This document shows positions 13,778 through 22,348 of a stretch of 58,727 bases of DNA, in pieces (the first letter of the stretch is position 1; each line of letters opens with the position of its first letter). Position numbers and translations under genes: made by a program. The notes under the pieces are model-generated. The model was not told where the DNA came from and did not search any database. It worked only from the letters and a program-made list of their open reading frames with translations. This DNA comes from Acidobacteriota bacterium. Its GTDB lineage: Bacteria > Acidobacteriota > Polarisedimenticolia > Polarisedimenticolales > DASRJG01. The DNA is taken from contig JANMVW010000334.1 in the NCBI GenBank assembly GCA_031393555.1, positions 1 through 58,727 on the forward strand, read 5' to 3'.

Positions 13778-14179
13778 TCACTCGATCCAGACCGCGCCAC
13801 CCTCGAAGTGTTCACTCTTCCAAATGGGCACGCTAGCCTTGAGCGTGTCGATGACGAAACGGCATGCGTCCATGGCCGCGGATCGATGCGGCGCCGCAAC
13901 CGCGATGGCGACCGAGGCCTCTCCGATTTCGACGCGGCCGACGCGATGGATCATCGCCACCTTCGTCACTCCGAACCGGGCAATCGCCTCTTCCGCGATC
14001 CCTTCCATCTCTCGCTCCGCCATGCTGGCGTACGCCTCGTATTCGAGAAAGAGAACGCGCCGCCCCGAGCTGACGTCTCGCACGGTCCCGAGAAACACGG
14101 AAACAGCGCCGTCGCCGTCGCCGCGCGCATCCGCCGCGACCGCGGCCGGGTCGATCGGAGCGACCTGAAGTCGGATCAT
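13778..14179 (-). CDS. moaE: molybdopterin synthase catalytic subunit MoaE
   Basis: 133 aa from ATG 14179: MIRLQVAPID...GAVSVFLGTVRD...LEYEAYASMAEREM...VAAPHRSAAMDACRFVIDTLKASVPIWKSEHF. Confidence 0.9.
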   Translation of the reverse strand: MIRLQVAPIDPAAVAADARGDGDGAVSVFLGTVRDVSSGRRVLFLEYEAYASMAEREMEGIAEEAIARFGVTKVAMIHRVGRVEIGEASVAIAVAAPHRSAAMDACRFVIDTLKASVPIWKSEHFEGGAVWIE

Positions 14180-14181
14180 GC

Positions 14182-14427
14182 CTATCCGCCGCTGACGGGC
14201 GGCAAGAACGCAACGTCCTGGACCCCGACGACGAGACGATCCCACGGCGCATAGATCATATCGCACGCGACGAGCGGGCGAATGGTCACCTCGCGAAGGC
14301 GCGGATGCCGCTCTTGCACGATGGTCCACAGCACGGCGACATCGCAAGTTTCCGGGACCTCGAGAGTCTCCTCGGAGACTCCTGCGCGGTCCTTCAGCGA
14401 GGCGAAATAGAGGATGCGGATGATCAC
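14182..14427 (-). CDS. moaD: molybdopterin synthase sulfur-carrier subunit MoaD (ThiS/MoaD family)
   Basis: 81 aa from GTG 14427: VIIRILYFASLKDRAG...AFLPPVSGG, ending in the C-terminal Gly-Gly. The GTGA overlaps the upstream stop, and the stop lies 2 nt before moaE. Confidence 0.8.
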   Translation of the reverse strand: MIIRILYFASLKDRAGVSEETLEVPETCDVAVLWTIVQERHPRLREVTIRPLVACDMIYAPWDRLVVGVQDVAFLPPVSGG

Positions 14428-15425
14428 CGGCCGTTCGCTGCAAGCGCCACTGCTCGCGCGGTGACCGTATCGACGATTTCCTCGAAACGGCCCGGCCTGA
14501 CGATCCCCGACGCGTTGCGGTGCCCGCCGCCGCCGAACTCCGCGGCCATAAGCGAAACGTCGAGCTCTCCCTTGGAGCGAAGCGAGACCTTGACCTTGCC
14601 GCCGGGCAACTCCCGGAAGAGGATCGCGACGCGCACGCCATCGATGGCGAGAAGCGGCGTCGTGAATTCCGAAGTGTCCACACCTGCGGCCCCGCAAGCG
14701 TCAATCATCCCCATCGTTATGCCCGCGGTAGCGACGGCGCCCCCTTCGCCCAAGGATACGGACGAGAGCGCGCGCCCGAGAAGGCGCGTATACGCCAGCG
14801 TGTTGCGCTCGTAAACTTCGCGGTAACAGCGAGTCGGATCGGCACCGGCCAGCAAAAGTTCCCCCGCGACGCGAAACGCCCGAGGCGAAGTCGAATTGAA
14901 GCGAAAAAAACCGGTGTCGGTTGCCAGCCCGGCGTAGAGGGCCTCGGCCGCCGCGCGGTCGGGGGTTCCGCCTCGTTCCCGGACCAACTCGTAAACGAGC
15001 ACCGCCGTTGCGCTTGCGGAGGTATCGATCACGTTGCGCGCCCAGGGGGTTGCGCGCGTGGGATGATGGTCGATGCACAACGTCTTCGCGGTGCGCGCAC
15101 GAACCGGCGCTTCCATACGACCGAGGCGGTCCGGCGCCGAGTTGTCGACGAGCACGATGGCGTCGGCGGCGTCCAGGAGGCCGTCGTGACGGGCCGGGTC
15201 GTAGCTTTCCGCGAACGGTCCGTCGAATTCCAGGAAACGGAGATCGCGGGGCGTCTCGTCCTGGTTGACGATGCGAACTTCAAATCCCAGCGACATTAGG
15301 TAGCGGCCCAAACCCACCTGAGACCCGATCGCATCGCCGTCGGGGTTCACGTGGGTCACCAGAACGTACAGCTTGGCCCGGTCGAGAACCGATTGAAATG
15401 CCGCGAAGTCCTCCGGGGAGATCAT
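14424..15425 (-). CDS. nrnA: DHH/DHHA1 phosphoesterase (NrnA-type oligoribonuclease/pAp phosphatase)
   Basis: Motifs THVNPDGDAIGS, CIDHHP and GGGGHRNASG. There is an ATGA overlap with the upstream gene. Confidence 0.85.
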   Translation of the reverse strand: MISPEDFAAFQSVLDRAKLYVLVTHVNPDGDAIGSQVGLGRYLMSLGFEVRIVNQDETPRDLRFLEFDGPFAESYDPARHDGLLDAADAIVLVDNSAPDRLGRMEAPVRARTAKTLCIDHHPTRATPWARNVIDTSASATAVLVYELVRERGGTPDRAAAEALYAGLATDTGFFRFNSTSPRAFRVAGELLLAGADPTRCYREVYERNTLAYTRLLGRALSSVSLGEGGAVATAGITMGMIDACGAAGVDTSEFTTPLLAIDGVRVAILFRELPGGKVKVSLRSKGELDVSLMAAEFGGGGHRNASGIVRPGRFEEIVDTVTARAVALAANGR

Positions 15426-15952
15426 GCGCCGCTCCGATACCGCTTCGCGAGGCGAAGGTAATTCTCCACTCCGTCCTGGAATCGTTGCCTCAACTCCGGG
15501 CCGACCTCTCCGCGGACCACTGCAGGGACGCCGGCGGCAATCGTGCCCGGAGGTACTTCGAACCTTTCGCGCAGAACCGCCCCCGCGGCCACAAGCGCTC
15601 CGCGGCCCACGCGGCTGCCGGACAGGAGTACGGCACCCATGCCGATCACCGCGTCGTCACCAACGTCACAGCCGTGGATCACCGCGCGGTGCCCTATCGT
15701 GACCCGATTCCCGACGCGTACCGGGCAACCCCGGTCCACGTGCACAACCGTCAGATCCTGGACGTTTGTTTCGTCGCCGATCGCGATCGGCTCGAGATCG
15801 CCGCGAACCACGCAACCGAACCAGACCGAGGCGCGAGCACCTAGAATTACCCGCCCCGTCAGCGTCGCATTCGGAGCGACCCAGGCCTCGCGACCGAACT
15901 CGACTTTGGTGGCGTAAGTTACAAAGTCGTCGGACTGGCTCCCCGACGTCAT
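15422..15952 (-). CDS. gamma-carbonic-anhydrase-like / hexapeptide-repeat (LbH) protein
   Basis: 176 aa with left-handed beta-helix hexapeptide repeats and the YrdA/PaaY-like signature (ASVWFGCVVRGD, IGHRAVIHGC). Confidence 0.85.
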   Translation of the reverse strand: MTSGSQSDDFVTYATKVEFGREAWVAPNATLTGRVILGARASVWFGCVVRGDLEPIAIGDETNVQDLTVVHVDRGCPVRVGNRVTIGHRAVIHGCDVGDDAVIGMGAVLLSGSRVGRGALVAAGAVLRERFEVPPGTIAAGVPAVVRGEVGPELRQRFQDGVENYLRLAKRYRSGA

Positions 15953-16013
15953 CGAGGCTCTCTCCGGGCGGTAGGGAAGAAGCCGGTCAGCCTAAGCTGC
16001 ACCTGCGGCGATG

Positions 16014-16574
16014 TCAAGCTCTCCGATCGAGGAGTTCTTTGAGAATGAGCGCCTGGTACCGCGCATCGTAATCCGCCCGATGGATCTGCGCCGGATCCTG
16101 CGGGGGAAGCGCCAGCAGCGACTCGAGATTCTCTTTGGACGTGTCGCGCCACGAGATCCCGAGACGCCCCATGGCGAGGCTCTTGGTGTCCAGTCCTTTG
16201 TAACCGAACGGGTTCGCCATGCCGAAGTGTGCGTAGTAGTAGGCGATGTGAGACCAGTCGAACACGGCATTGTGGCCCACGAAACAGGGGTTGTCGGAGG
16301 AGCCTGCGTTTTGATCTACGACAAACCGCGCCAGCCTGTCGAGCGCATCACGCGGCTCGGTCCCTTCCCTCCGCAGGCGTTCCGCGTCGAGACCGCAAAC
16401 CGCCATGGCTCCTGGGTCGAAACCCGGGAAGATCGGCATGAGCTCGACGTAAAACGACTCGCCGAGCACGTGACGGTCGCCCATCTCGCGCACGACGGTG
16501 ACGCCGATGGAGAGCAGGTTGAACAGCGGGGGCACGGGCCCTGACGCTTCGCAGTCCACGCAGAAGTAGGTCAA
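16014..16574 (-). CDS. DEDDh-type 3'-5' exonuclease (DnaQ-like)
   Basis: ExoI motif FCVDCEASG, ExoII GHNAVFDWSHI, ExoIII HRADYDA. I place the start at TTG 16574 (MTYFCVDCE), which has AGGAG 8 nt upstream. The 316-aa track ORF has a non-coding-looking N-terminus. Confidence 0.7.
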   Translation of the reverse strand: MTYFCVDCEASGPVPPLFNLLSIGVTVVREMGDRHVLGESFYVELMPIFPGFDPGAMAVCGLDAERLRREGTEPRDALDRLARFVVDQNAGSSDNPCFVGHNAVFDWSHIAYYYAHFGMANPFGYKGLDTKSLAMGRLGISWRDTSKENLESLLALPPQDPAQIHRADYDARYQALILKELLDRRA

Positions 16575-16662
16575 GTTGCAAGCTCCTGGCGCATTGTACC
16601 CGGTCTCGGCCACCCTCGAGATCGACGTCTCGCTGTTACGATGGCCCCGTACGGAGAATACG

Positions 16663-17868
16663 ATGAGTCGCGTTCGCACCGGTCTCGAGTCGTTCCTGGA
16701 TCCCGCCTCCGACGCCGCGGGCCTCGCGAGGGGCGCGAGACTAGGAGTCGTTGCGCATCCGGCGTCGGTCGATGCCGGAGGACGCCATCTCGTTGACCGG
16801 CTCGCGCAGGACAGCCGATTCCGGGTCACGCGCTTGTTCGGCCCTGAGCACGGGGTGCGGGGCGAGGCCCAGGACATGGAGGCCGTCGCCGAGCCCGCCG
16901 ATCGAGCCACCGGGCTTCCCGTAGTCAGCCTGTATGGGGACACCGAGATCTCACTCCGACCCACGCACGAGCAATTGTTGGGGCTCGACGCGATCGTCTA
17001 CGACCTGCAGGACGTGGGATCTCGGTTCTACACGTTCGTCTACACCCTGTCCTACGTGATGGAAGCCGCTCGCGAAGCTGACATTCCAGTCATCGTCCTC
17101 GATCGACCGAATCCGATAGGCGGCCTCGCGGTCGAAGGCCCCGTTCTCGACCCGGCCCAGGCGTCGTTCGTCGGTCGTTTTCCGCTGCCGGTCCGGCACG
17201 GGATGACCACAGGAGAGCTGGCTCAACTTTTTCGCGATGCGTATTCCATCGGTGGAGACCTTCGCGTGGTGCCGCTGTCGGGCTGGACACGTGACATGCA
17301 CTACGAGGACACGGGGCTGCCTTGGGTGCTGCCGTCGCCGAATATGCCGACCCCCGAAACCGCGCGCATCTATCCCGGCGGCTGCCTCGTCGAGGGCACC
17401 AACCTGTCCGAGGGACGCGGGACCACGCGGCCCTTCGAGTTCGTAGGCGCCCCCTGGATCGACGCCGCCGCGTTCGCCGACGCGCTCGCCCACGCGGGGG
17501 ACGCGGAAGGATTGGATGGAGTCCTCTTCCGGGCGGCCTGGTTCCGTCCGACTTTTCAGAAGCACGCCGGCCGCAGTTGCGGGGGGGTGCAGGTCCATGT
17601 GGTCGATCGCGGAACCGCGCGGCCGTTCGCGACGTTTCTCGTGCTCCTCCGGGAGGCGCGACGGCTTGCTCCGGATCTGTTCGACTGGCGGCGCGAGAGG
17701 TACGAGTTCGTGGACGATCGGCTCGCGATCGATTTATTGCTCGGGCGGTCCGATCTGCGCCCCATGCTCGAGGCGGGTGCCACCCTCGCCGAGATGGAGG
17801 CCGTCTGGACCCCAGGACTGTCTCGTTTTCTGGTCGACCGCGCGCGCGCGCTGATGTATCCGACTTAG
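16663..17868 (+). CDS. DUF1343 family protein (NamZ-like exo-beta-N-acetylmuramidase family)
   Basis: The sequence from MSRVRTGLESFLD...LGVVAHPASV...LFGPEHGVRGEAQD...DLQDVGSRFYTFVYT is typical of DUF1343. The ATG at 16663 is preceded by GGAG. Confidence 0.85.
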   Translation: MSRVRTGLESFLDPASDAAGLARGARLGVVAHPASVDAGGRHLVDRLAQDSRFRVTRLFGPEHGVRGEAQDMEAVAEPADRATGLPVVSLYGDTEISLRPTHEQLLGLDAIVYDLQDVGSRFYTFVYTLSYVMEAAREADIPVIVLDRPNPIGGLAVEGPVLDPAQASFVGRFPLPVRHGMTTGELAQLFRDAYSIGGDLRVVPLSGWTRDMHYEDTGLPWVLPSPNMPTPETARIYPGGCLVEGTNLSEGRGTTRPFEFVGAPWIDAAAFADALAHAGDAEGLDGVLFRAAWFRPTFQKHAGRSCGGVQVHVVDRGTARPFATFLVLLREARRLAPDLFDWRRERYEFVDDRLAIDLLLGRSDLRPMLEAGATLAEMEAVWTPGLSRFLVDRARALMYPT

Positions 17869-17880
17869 ATCCCCGCGCGC

Positions 17881-19650
17881 TCAGTTCCCCGCGCGCACCG
17901 GAGGCATTGTGAGGACGCCCTTCGCGTCGTGCGCCAACCCCAAATCTCGGAGCATGACCAGGGCGGGCCGCAACTCGCTCGAGAGCTCGACCGCGACTTT
18001 CGCCCAGGCGTCCCGCTCACTGTTGTCCGGCAGCTTCCGGGTCAATGACTCGAAGAAGCTCTTCTTTCGCGGGAAGACGACCAGGTTCACATCATCGCCG
18101 GCGGGGATCTTTGCTGCTGCTTTCGCCAGCTTCAACGCGACATCGAACCCGCCCAACGCATCGACAAGTCCCAACCCCAGGGCATCCTCGCCTGTCCAGA
18201 TCCGGCCCTTGGCGATCTCCAGGACCTTGGCCTTGTCGAGCTTCCGCCCCGCCGCGACCTTGGATGTGAAATCGACGTAGACGCGGTCGAGCCACTGCTG
18301 GAACTTGTCCCATTCCTTGGGAGTGTAATCCTGCGCTCCGGTGAACATCGTCCCGTTGTCGCTCGTATGGACCTCGTCGTAAGTGACACCGATCTTGTCC
18401 CAAAATCCTTTCGTGAGCAGCTTCCCGCCGAGCACTCCGATCGACGCCGTTATTGTGCCGGGCTGGGCGACGATTTTGTCCGCCCCCATTGCGACAAAGT
18501 AGCCGCCGGATCCGGCCACGTTGCCCATCGTGACGATGACGGGCTTCCCCGCCTTTCGTGCCAATTGCGTTTCGCGCCAGATCGTATCCGATGCGACGTA
18601 AGATCCTCCCGGACTGTCGACGCGGAAGACGATCGCCTTGACGTCGTCGTCTTCGCGCGCGGCACGAAACGCGCCAGCCACGGTGTCTGACCCCATCGCG
18701 GTGCCGGAAATCGGGCTGAACCCGCCGGCGCCCCGCTGCACTGCGCCCACCCCGTAGATCAGCGCAACCTTCTCGCCCTTCGCATGGGGACGTCCGGCGC
18801 GCTCCAGGTATTTTTGAAGGTAGAGCAGTTCAGCGACGTCGCCGGCTTTCTCGCGCGCCTTGGCGTAGACCTCGTCGCGATAGAGAAGTCCGTCGACAAG
18901 CTTCACGTCAACCGCTTGCTGCCCGAGATACGGCCCGTCATTGAACGTCGCCCGGACTTGGTCTTCCGACAATCCGCGCCCGTTGGCAATCCCCTGCACC
19001 ATCTGGCTGAACTGCGAGTCCATGAGTTTCTTCATGGCCTCCCGGTGCGCATCGGTGAACTTGTCCTCGGTGTAGAAGTTCATCGCGTTTTTGTATTCGT
19101 AGCGGTGGTCCATCCGAGGAACGACGTCCAACTTGCCGAAGAGCCCTTTGATGAAGGGCGATTCGTAGATAAGACCGGTGAGCCCGACGTCCCCCGACGG
19201 CTGCAAATAGATCCGGTCGAAGGCCGTCGCCAAATAGTAGGAGCCATTGCCGGCGCCGAACTCGCCGAACGTCTCTGCCCAGGCGATCGTGGGTTTGCCG
19301 GCGGCACGAAATCGGCCGATCGCATCACGGATCTCTTGAATCTGAGCCATTCCCATCGGCACCGCACCCAGACGAGCGACGAGCCCAACCACCCGTTCGT
19401 CGCTCGCCGCGCGGTCCAGGGTGTCGATCACGTCACGCGTCGTCGGCTCTTCGCCGCCGAAAGCTCTCGTGATCGGCTGGTCGGGCATGTACTCCTCGAT
19501 CGGTCGCTCAAAGTCGGCCTCGAGGAGGATCTTCCCGGGGAGACTTCCCTTCGGATAGCCGCCGAAGAACGAGATCGCAACGCCTGCGCAAATGGCCAGG
19601 AATCCGAGAGCACCCAGGATCGCGAGAAAGGCGACGAGTCTCTTGTTCAT
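17881..19650 (-). CDS. sppA: signal peptide peptidase SppA, 67K type
   Basis: 589 aa with an N-terminal TM segment and two tandem S49 (ClpP-fold) halves (GNVAGSGGYFVAMGADKIVAQPGTITASIGV). GGAGGA lies before the ATG. Confidence 0.9.
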   Translation of the reverse strand: MNKRLVAFLAILGALGFLAICAGVAISFFGGYPKGSLPGKILLEADFERPIEEYMPDQPITRAFGGEEPTTRDVIDTLDRAASDERVVGLVARLGAVPMGMAQIQEIRDAIGRFRAAGKPTIAWAETFGEFGAGNGSYYLATAFDRIYLQPSGDVGLTGLIYESPFIKGLFGKLDVVPRMDHRYEYKNAMNFYTEDKFTDAHREAMKKLMDSQFSQMVQGIANGRGLSEDQVRATFNDGPYLGQQAVDVKLVDGLLYRDEVYAKAREKAGDVAELLYLQKYLERAGRPHAKGEKVALIYGVGAVQRGAGGFSPISGTAMGSDTVAGAFRAAREDDDVKAIVFRVDSPGGSYVASDTIWRETQLARKAGKPVIVTMGNVAGSGGYFVAMGADKIVAQPGTITASIGVLGGKLLTKGFWDKIGVTYDEVHTSDNGTMFTGAQDYTPKEWDKFQQWLDRVYVDFTSKVAAGRKLDKAKVLEIAKGRIWTGEDALGLGLVDALGGFDVALKLAKAAAKIPAGDDVNLVVFPRKKSFFESLTRKLPDNSERDAWAKVAVELSSELRPALVMLRDLGLAHDAKGVLTMPPVRAGN

Positions 19651-19750
19651 TCGAATCCTCCGAGGCGGCGTGTGCCGCCCGGTATACGGCGTGACGCAGC
19701 CAGGAGTTTTGCCACGGGAGCGCGACGGTCCGAAAGGTCACGTCAGAGGA

Positions 19751-19826
19751 TGGTGGAGCTGAAGGGGATCGAACCCTCGACCTCATGACTGCCAGTCATG
19801 CGCTCTCCCAGCTGAGCTACAGCCCC
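19751..19826 (-). tRNA. tRNA-Ala (anticodon GGC)
   Basis: The reverse complement is GGGGCTGTAGCTCAGCTGGGAGAGCGCATGACTGGCAGTCATGAGGTCGAGGGTTCGATCCCCTTCAGCTCCACCA. It forms a cloverleaf with the G3:U70 Ala identity pair, anticodon loop CTGGCAG and an encoded CCA. Confidence 0.93.
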
Positions 19827-19840
19827 GACGCGACCGCGGC

Positions 19841-19869
19841 ATTCTTACATTCGGAGTGGGGAGCGTCAA
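19841..19869 (-). promoter_or_regulatory. sigma70-like promoter candidate for tRNA-Ala
   Basis: The minus strand reads TTGACG (19869..19864), a 17-nt spacer, then AAGAAT (19846..19841). The element ends 14 nt upstream of the mature tRNA 5' end. Confidence 0.4.
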
Positions 19870-19895
19870 GAAACGGACCCGAGCAACCGCGGACG

Positions 19896-19925
19896 TTGAC
19901 TCCCTTCGGGGCGCGGCGATAGTGT
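19896..19925 (+). promoter_or_regulatory. sigma70-like promoter candidate for tRNA-Sec
   Basis: TTGACT (19896-19901), an 18-nt spacer, then TAGTGT (19920-19925), about 50 nt upstream of the tRNA-Sec 5' end. Confidence 0.35.
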
Positions 19926-19975
19926 ACGGCGTCGTCTCCGAGCGATCCGCGCGGCGACGGCGAACGGCATCGAAC

Positions 19976-20073
19976 GGAAGCGCATGGGGCCCGGTGGCCC
20001 TCCCGGTCTTCAAAACCGCGTGTCGGGCGGCTAAGCCGTCCGGGGTGGGTTCGACTCCCACACGCTTCCGCCA
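19976..20073 (+). tRNA. selC: tRNA-Sec (selenocysteine, anticodon UCA), candidate
   Basis: 98 nt: GGAAGCGCATGGGGCCCGGTGGCCCTCCCGGTCTTCAAAACCGCGTGTCGGGCGGCTAAGCCGTCCGGGGTGGGTTCGACTCCCACACGCTTCCGCCA. Sec hallmarks are present: a long acceptor stem, a 6-bp D-stem with a 4-nt CGGT loop as in E. coli selC, anticodon loop CTTCAAA, an ~8-bp variable arm, T-loop TTCGACT and discriminator G + CCA. Two mismatches remain, at the 8th acceptor pair (C/A) and in the anticodon stem (C/C). Confidence 0.78.
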
Positions 20074-20083
20074 TGGGGACACA

Positions 20084-21004
20084 TTGACCTTCGCTCTCGC
20101 CATCCACGGTGGCGCCTGGAACATCCCCGATGGCGCCGTGGATGCGCATCGTCGGGGGCTCGTCAAGCCGTTGACAGAAGGCTTCGACGCGCTTCGCAAG
20201 GGTGCGTCGGCGCTCGACGTCGTGGAATTCGCGGTGCGCCTGCTCGAGAACGACTCCGCCTTCAACGCGGGGCGCGGTGCCCACCTCAACAGCGCGGGCG
20301 CACTGGAGATGGACGCTTCGATCATGGAGGGAACGACGCGACGCGCCGGGGCCGTCGCGGCCATCAGCGGCGTTCGCCATCCCGTCTCGGTCGCACGACG
20401 CGTGATGGAGGCCTCACCTCATGTCCTCCTCGTCGGCGCCGGGGCAAAGCGCTTCGCGAAACACGCCGGGGCCGAAATGTGCACGACGCGTTCCCTTCTC
20501 GTTGGGCGGGAACTCGAGCGATGGACACGCATTCGCGCTGGCGAGCAGGGCCTGGTCACGACGGAGTTTTCCCCCCGCGCACAGCCGCACGGAACGGTCG
20601 GCGCGGTGGCGCTCGATCGGAAAGGGAGGGTCGCGGCGGCCACTTCGACCGGTGGAACCCAGGACAAGGCGCCTGGGCGCGTCGGCGACAGCGCGATTGT
20701 CGGGAGCGGCACCTACGCGGACGATCGGCGAGGAGCGGCATCCTGCACAGGTTGGGGTGAGCCGATCCTGCGCGCGGTTCTCGCCAAAACCGCCGTCGAT
20801 GCACTCGCGTCCCACCCCGGCCCTGACGCCGCGTCAAGGGCAGCGCTTCGGGAGTTGGCGCGCCTTTCTGGGTTCGGCGGCGTCATCCTCGTCGATCGGA
20901 GCGGGCGCGCGGGCGCTTCATTCAACACGCCGCGCATGGCGCGGGGCTTGGCGGACTTCCGGGGCCTCGCGGTTATGGTCGAGCGCAAGGAGCGTCGGCG
21001 TTGA
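20084..21004 (+). CDS. isoaspartyl peptidase / L-asparaginase (Ntn-hydrolase, plant-type asparaginase family)
   Basis: Motifs: IHGGAW, NDSAFNAGRGAHLN, the autoprocessing site HGTVGAVALD and GDSAIVGSGTYAD. The start is set at TTG 20084 (MTFALAIHGG) because the track ORF N-terminus overlaps the tRNA-Sec gene. Confidence 0.85.
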   Translation: MTFALAIHGGAWNIPDGAVDAHRRGLVKPLTEGFDALRKGASALDVVEFAVRLLENDSAFNAGRGAHLNSAGALEMDASIMEGTTRRAGAVAAISGVRHPVSVARRVMEASPHVLLVGAGAKRFAKHAGAEMCTTRSLLVGRELERWTRIRAGEQGLVTTEFSPRAQPHGTVGAVALDRKGRVAAATSTGGTQDKAPGRVGDSAIVGSGTYADDRRGAASCTGWGEPILRAVLAKTAVDALASHPGPDAASRAALRELARLSGFGGVILVDRSGRAGASFNTPRMARGLADFRGLAVMVERKERRR

Positions 21005-22008
21005 GGGTCCCGCGCGCGCTCGCGTGGATGCTCATCGCGATGGGCATGTTCACCGCCGGCTTGTTGCGGCAGTTTAACGACCTCACGCCGACATCGCCGT
21101 TTCTGGCCCCGGCGGTGGGAAGCCTTCTGTTCGCCTGCGTGCTCTTCCTCATGCTGGTCGCGGCGCGCGAGCGCCAGATCGGTGCGGCGCCGGGCCCCGG
21201 CATCCGTCTCGGCAGCTTGACCCCCATCCTCTTGATCCTGCTCGTCGAGAAGTGGATTTCGTCCAGTTTCTACCCGCCGCTTTTCGCGCTGGCCGCTCCG
21301 GCTGACTTGCCGGACGCCGCCGCTGACGCATGGTTTCGATTGATGTGCGGAGCCGGACTACTTGCCGTCGTCCTGCTGACGTCGCGTTTTTCGCGCCCTG
21401 CGGCGTCGTGGGTGAGAACCCGAATCTTCGGGTTCAACGCGGTTGTGGGAATCGGAACCGCCGCAATCGCGATCGGCGGTGCCGGTGGCATCCTCGCGGT
21501 CATCGCGATGGCGGCGGGATCCGCGATCAGCGTGCTACCTCCCCATCCGCAGGGCCCGTTTCTCGTCGTCCTTCTGGGGCAAGCGGCGATCGCGCTGGGA
21601 GAAGAGACCTACTACCGAGGCCTCCTCCTCGGCGAATTGCTGCGCCTGGGCCCTCGGCTCGGCCTCCATGCGCCCGCCGGTCGCCGCTGGGTCGCGCTCT
21701 CGGTGTCGTCGTTGCTCTTCGGGATGGAGCACGTCGGCAGTTCGTCGGGGTGGGGCGACGGCGCCCGCCAGATGGTCTTCGCGCTCGCGCTCGGCACCCT
21801 GTTGGGGATGATCGTGCTCGTGACCGACAATCTCTGGTTCGCGGCATCGCTGCACGCTTGGATCAACTGGTTGCTCCTGGGCGCTGCGCCGCGATTGGCT
21901 TACGGCCCCGCGCAAGCCGATCTGCCGCCAGGGGCCTCGGTCAGCCTGACACTGATCGCGGCGTTTCTGGCGGCGTTCGTCCTGCAGCGGCGGTCGGCGT
22001 CGCGTTGA
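21001..22008 (+). CDS. CPBP-family intramembrane glutamic endopeptidase (CAAX protease/Abi-like)
   Basis: Multi-TM protein with motif 1 EETYYRGLL, motif 2 FGMEH and motif 3 HAWINW. The start is TTG 21001 (TTGA overlap with the upstream stop) or ATG 21028. Confidence 0.8.
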   Translation: MRVPRALAWMLIAMGMFTAGLLRQFNDLTPTSPFLAPAVGSLLFACVLFLMLVAARERQIGAAPGPGIRLGSLTPILLILLVEKWISSSFYPPLFALAAPADLPDAAADAWFRLMCGAGLLAVVLLTSRFSRPAASWVRTRIFGFNAVVGIGTAAIAIGGAGGILAVIAMAAGSAISVLPPHPQGPFLVVLLGQAAIALGEETYYRGLLLGELLRLGPRLGLHAPAGRRWVALSVSSLLFGMEHVGSSSGWGDGARQMVFALALGTLLGMIVLVTDNLWFAASLHAWINWLLLGAAPRLAYGPAQADLPPGASVSLTLIAAFLAAFVLQRRSASR

Positions 22009-22015
22009 TTGTGTT

Positions 22016-22348
22016 TCACGAACGAGTCGCCGTTTCGAGGTCGTCGTAGATCTCAAAAATCCGGTCCAACTGGATCAGTTCGAGAACCGAGCGAACGCCC
22101 GCTGTCAAGCCGCAGAATCGCGCGCGCCCGCCATGCAAGCGCGAGTGCTTGAACAGGCCCACGAGCACGCCAACCCCGGCGGAGTCGATGAACTCAACAC
22201 CCGAAAGGTCCACTACGATGTCAGATGCGTCGCCAAGGAGCCTCAGCGCCTCAGCCCTGATCTCGCCGGCGTTTGCGCTGTCGATCGCATCGCCGCCGCG
22301 GACGGACAGCCGCACAAGGCTCCCTTCACGAACGACCTGGAGCTTCAT
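22016..22348 (-). CDS. STAS-domain anti-sigma-factor antagonist (SpoIIAA/RsbV-like)
   Basis: 110 aa. DLSGVEFIDSAGVGVLV carries the conserved phosphorylatable Ser. There is an ATGA overlap with the upstream gene. Confidence 0.85.
   Translation of the reverse strand: MKLQVVREGSLVRLSVRGGDAIDSANAGEIRAEALRLLGDASDIVVDLSGVEFIDSAGVGVLVGLFKHSRLHGGRARFCGLTAGVRSVLELIQLDRIFEIYDDLETATRS

Noticed and set aside
19856-20083. The N-terminal extension of the asparaginase ORF.
   Set aside because: It covers the tRNA-Sec gene and its promoter region. The conserved protein only begins at about 20084.
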